Position numbers and translations under genes: made by a program. A DNA stretch of 37,600 nucleotides, taken from positions 1-37,600 of the forward strand of contig NW_021835907.1 in the NCBI RefSeq assembly GCF_006345805.1, written 5' to 3'. The stretch comes from Octopus sinensis (lineage: Eukaryota). Positions 37,005 to 37,600 of the stretch are shown here, piece after piece; positions within the stretch are counted from its first letter, which is position 1; every line of letters starts with the position of its first letter. The notes beneath the pieces were generated by a model. It searched no databases. It saw only the letters and a list, made by a program, of their open reading frames with translations, and had not been told where the DNA came from.

Positions 37005-37600
37005 AATATATATATATATATATATATATCGCAATAAAACTAACTATTCCTTTTCCCTCTTACATTTATATGTATATGTGTATATGCATATGTAAATACA
37101 TAATATATATAGAGATAGATAGGTATAAATATATATATATAAATATATATAGATATATAAGTGTATATATATACATATATATAGGGAGAGAGAGATGGGG
37201 GTACATGCACACACTTGTGTGTGGGGTTGTGGCAGGATGCATTAATGTATGTATTTAAGTTTGGGAGCATATATGAAAGAATGAGTGGATATACATATTT
37301 GTATGTATTTATGTATCTACGTACATTTGTATGTTTGTATATGTGTGTGTCTATGAAAACATGGCGTTTTACGTGGTTGTTTATTTGCTTAAGGCTTGTT
37401 TTTAAAGAAGTTTTAAAATCTAATTAAACTCTATCTTACTTTGCATACAAAGCTAGAAATTGTTCTGTGCTGATATTATATAGACGAGATAGGAAACAAG
37501 GAGGAGACGGGGAAGAGGTTGGAGAATTAAGGGGTTAGCTTGTGAGGGGAAGAATAGAGAGGGAGATTGAATAATGGAATGAAAGTGGAATGAGAAAAAT

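Overview
AT-rich eukaryotic intergenic or intronic DNA made almost entirely of microsatellites and decayed transposable elements. The SINE families and repeat landscape look like an octopus (coleoid cephalopod) genome; that is an inference. I found no host protein-coding exon, and nearly all ORF-track entries are microsatellite artefacts. Supported elements: a near full-length but disabled mariner (23092-24303), a 5' mariner fragment, a Chapaev3-like transposase relic, four R4/Dong-like RLE non-LTR fragments (two flanked by TAA arrays), three tRNA-derived SINE families (one nested insertion with a TSD), a Helentron/HINE-like element and several inverted-repeat elements. The main result is about 13 hammerhead-ribozyme (HHR)-like motifs inside Penelope-like/retrozyme-like repeats. 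They include U3-A8 compensatory cores, an A6U core and palindromic two-strand pairs. Three sequence-unrelated loci carry the three HHR strands in a non-circularly permuted order (NUH strand, then GAAA strand, then CUGANGA strand) with co-varying stems I and III and nearly identical spacing.
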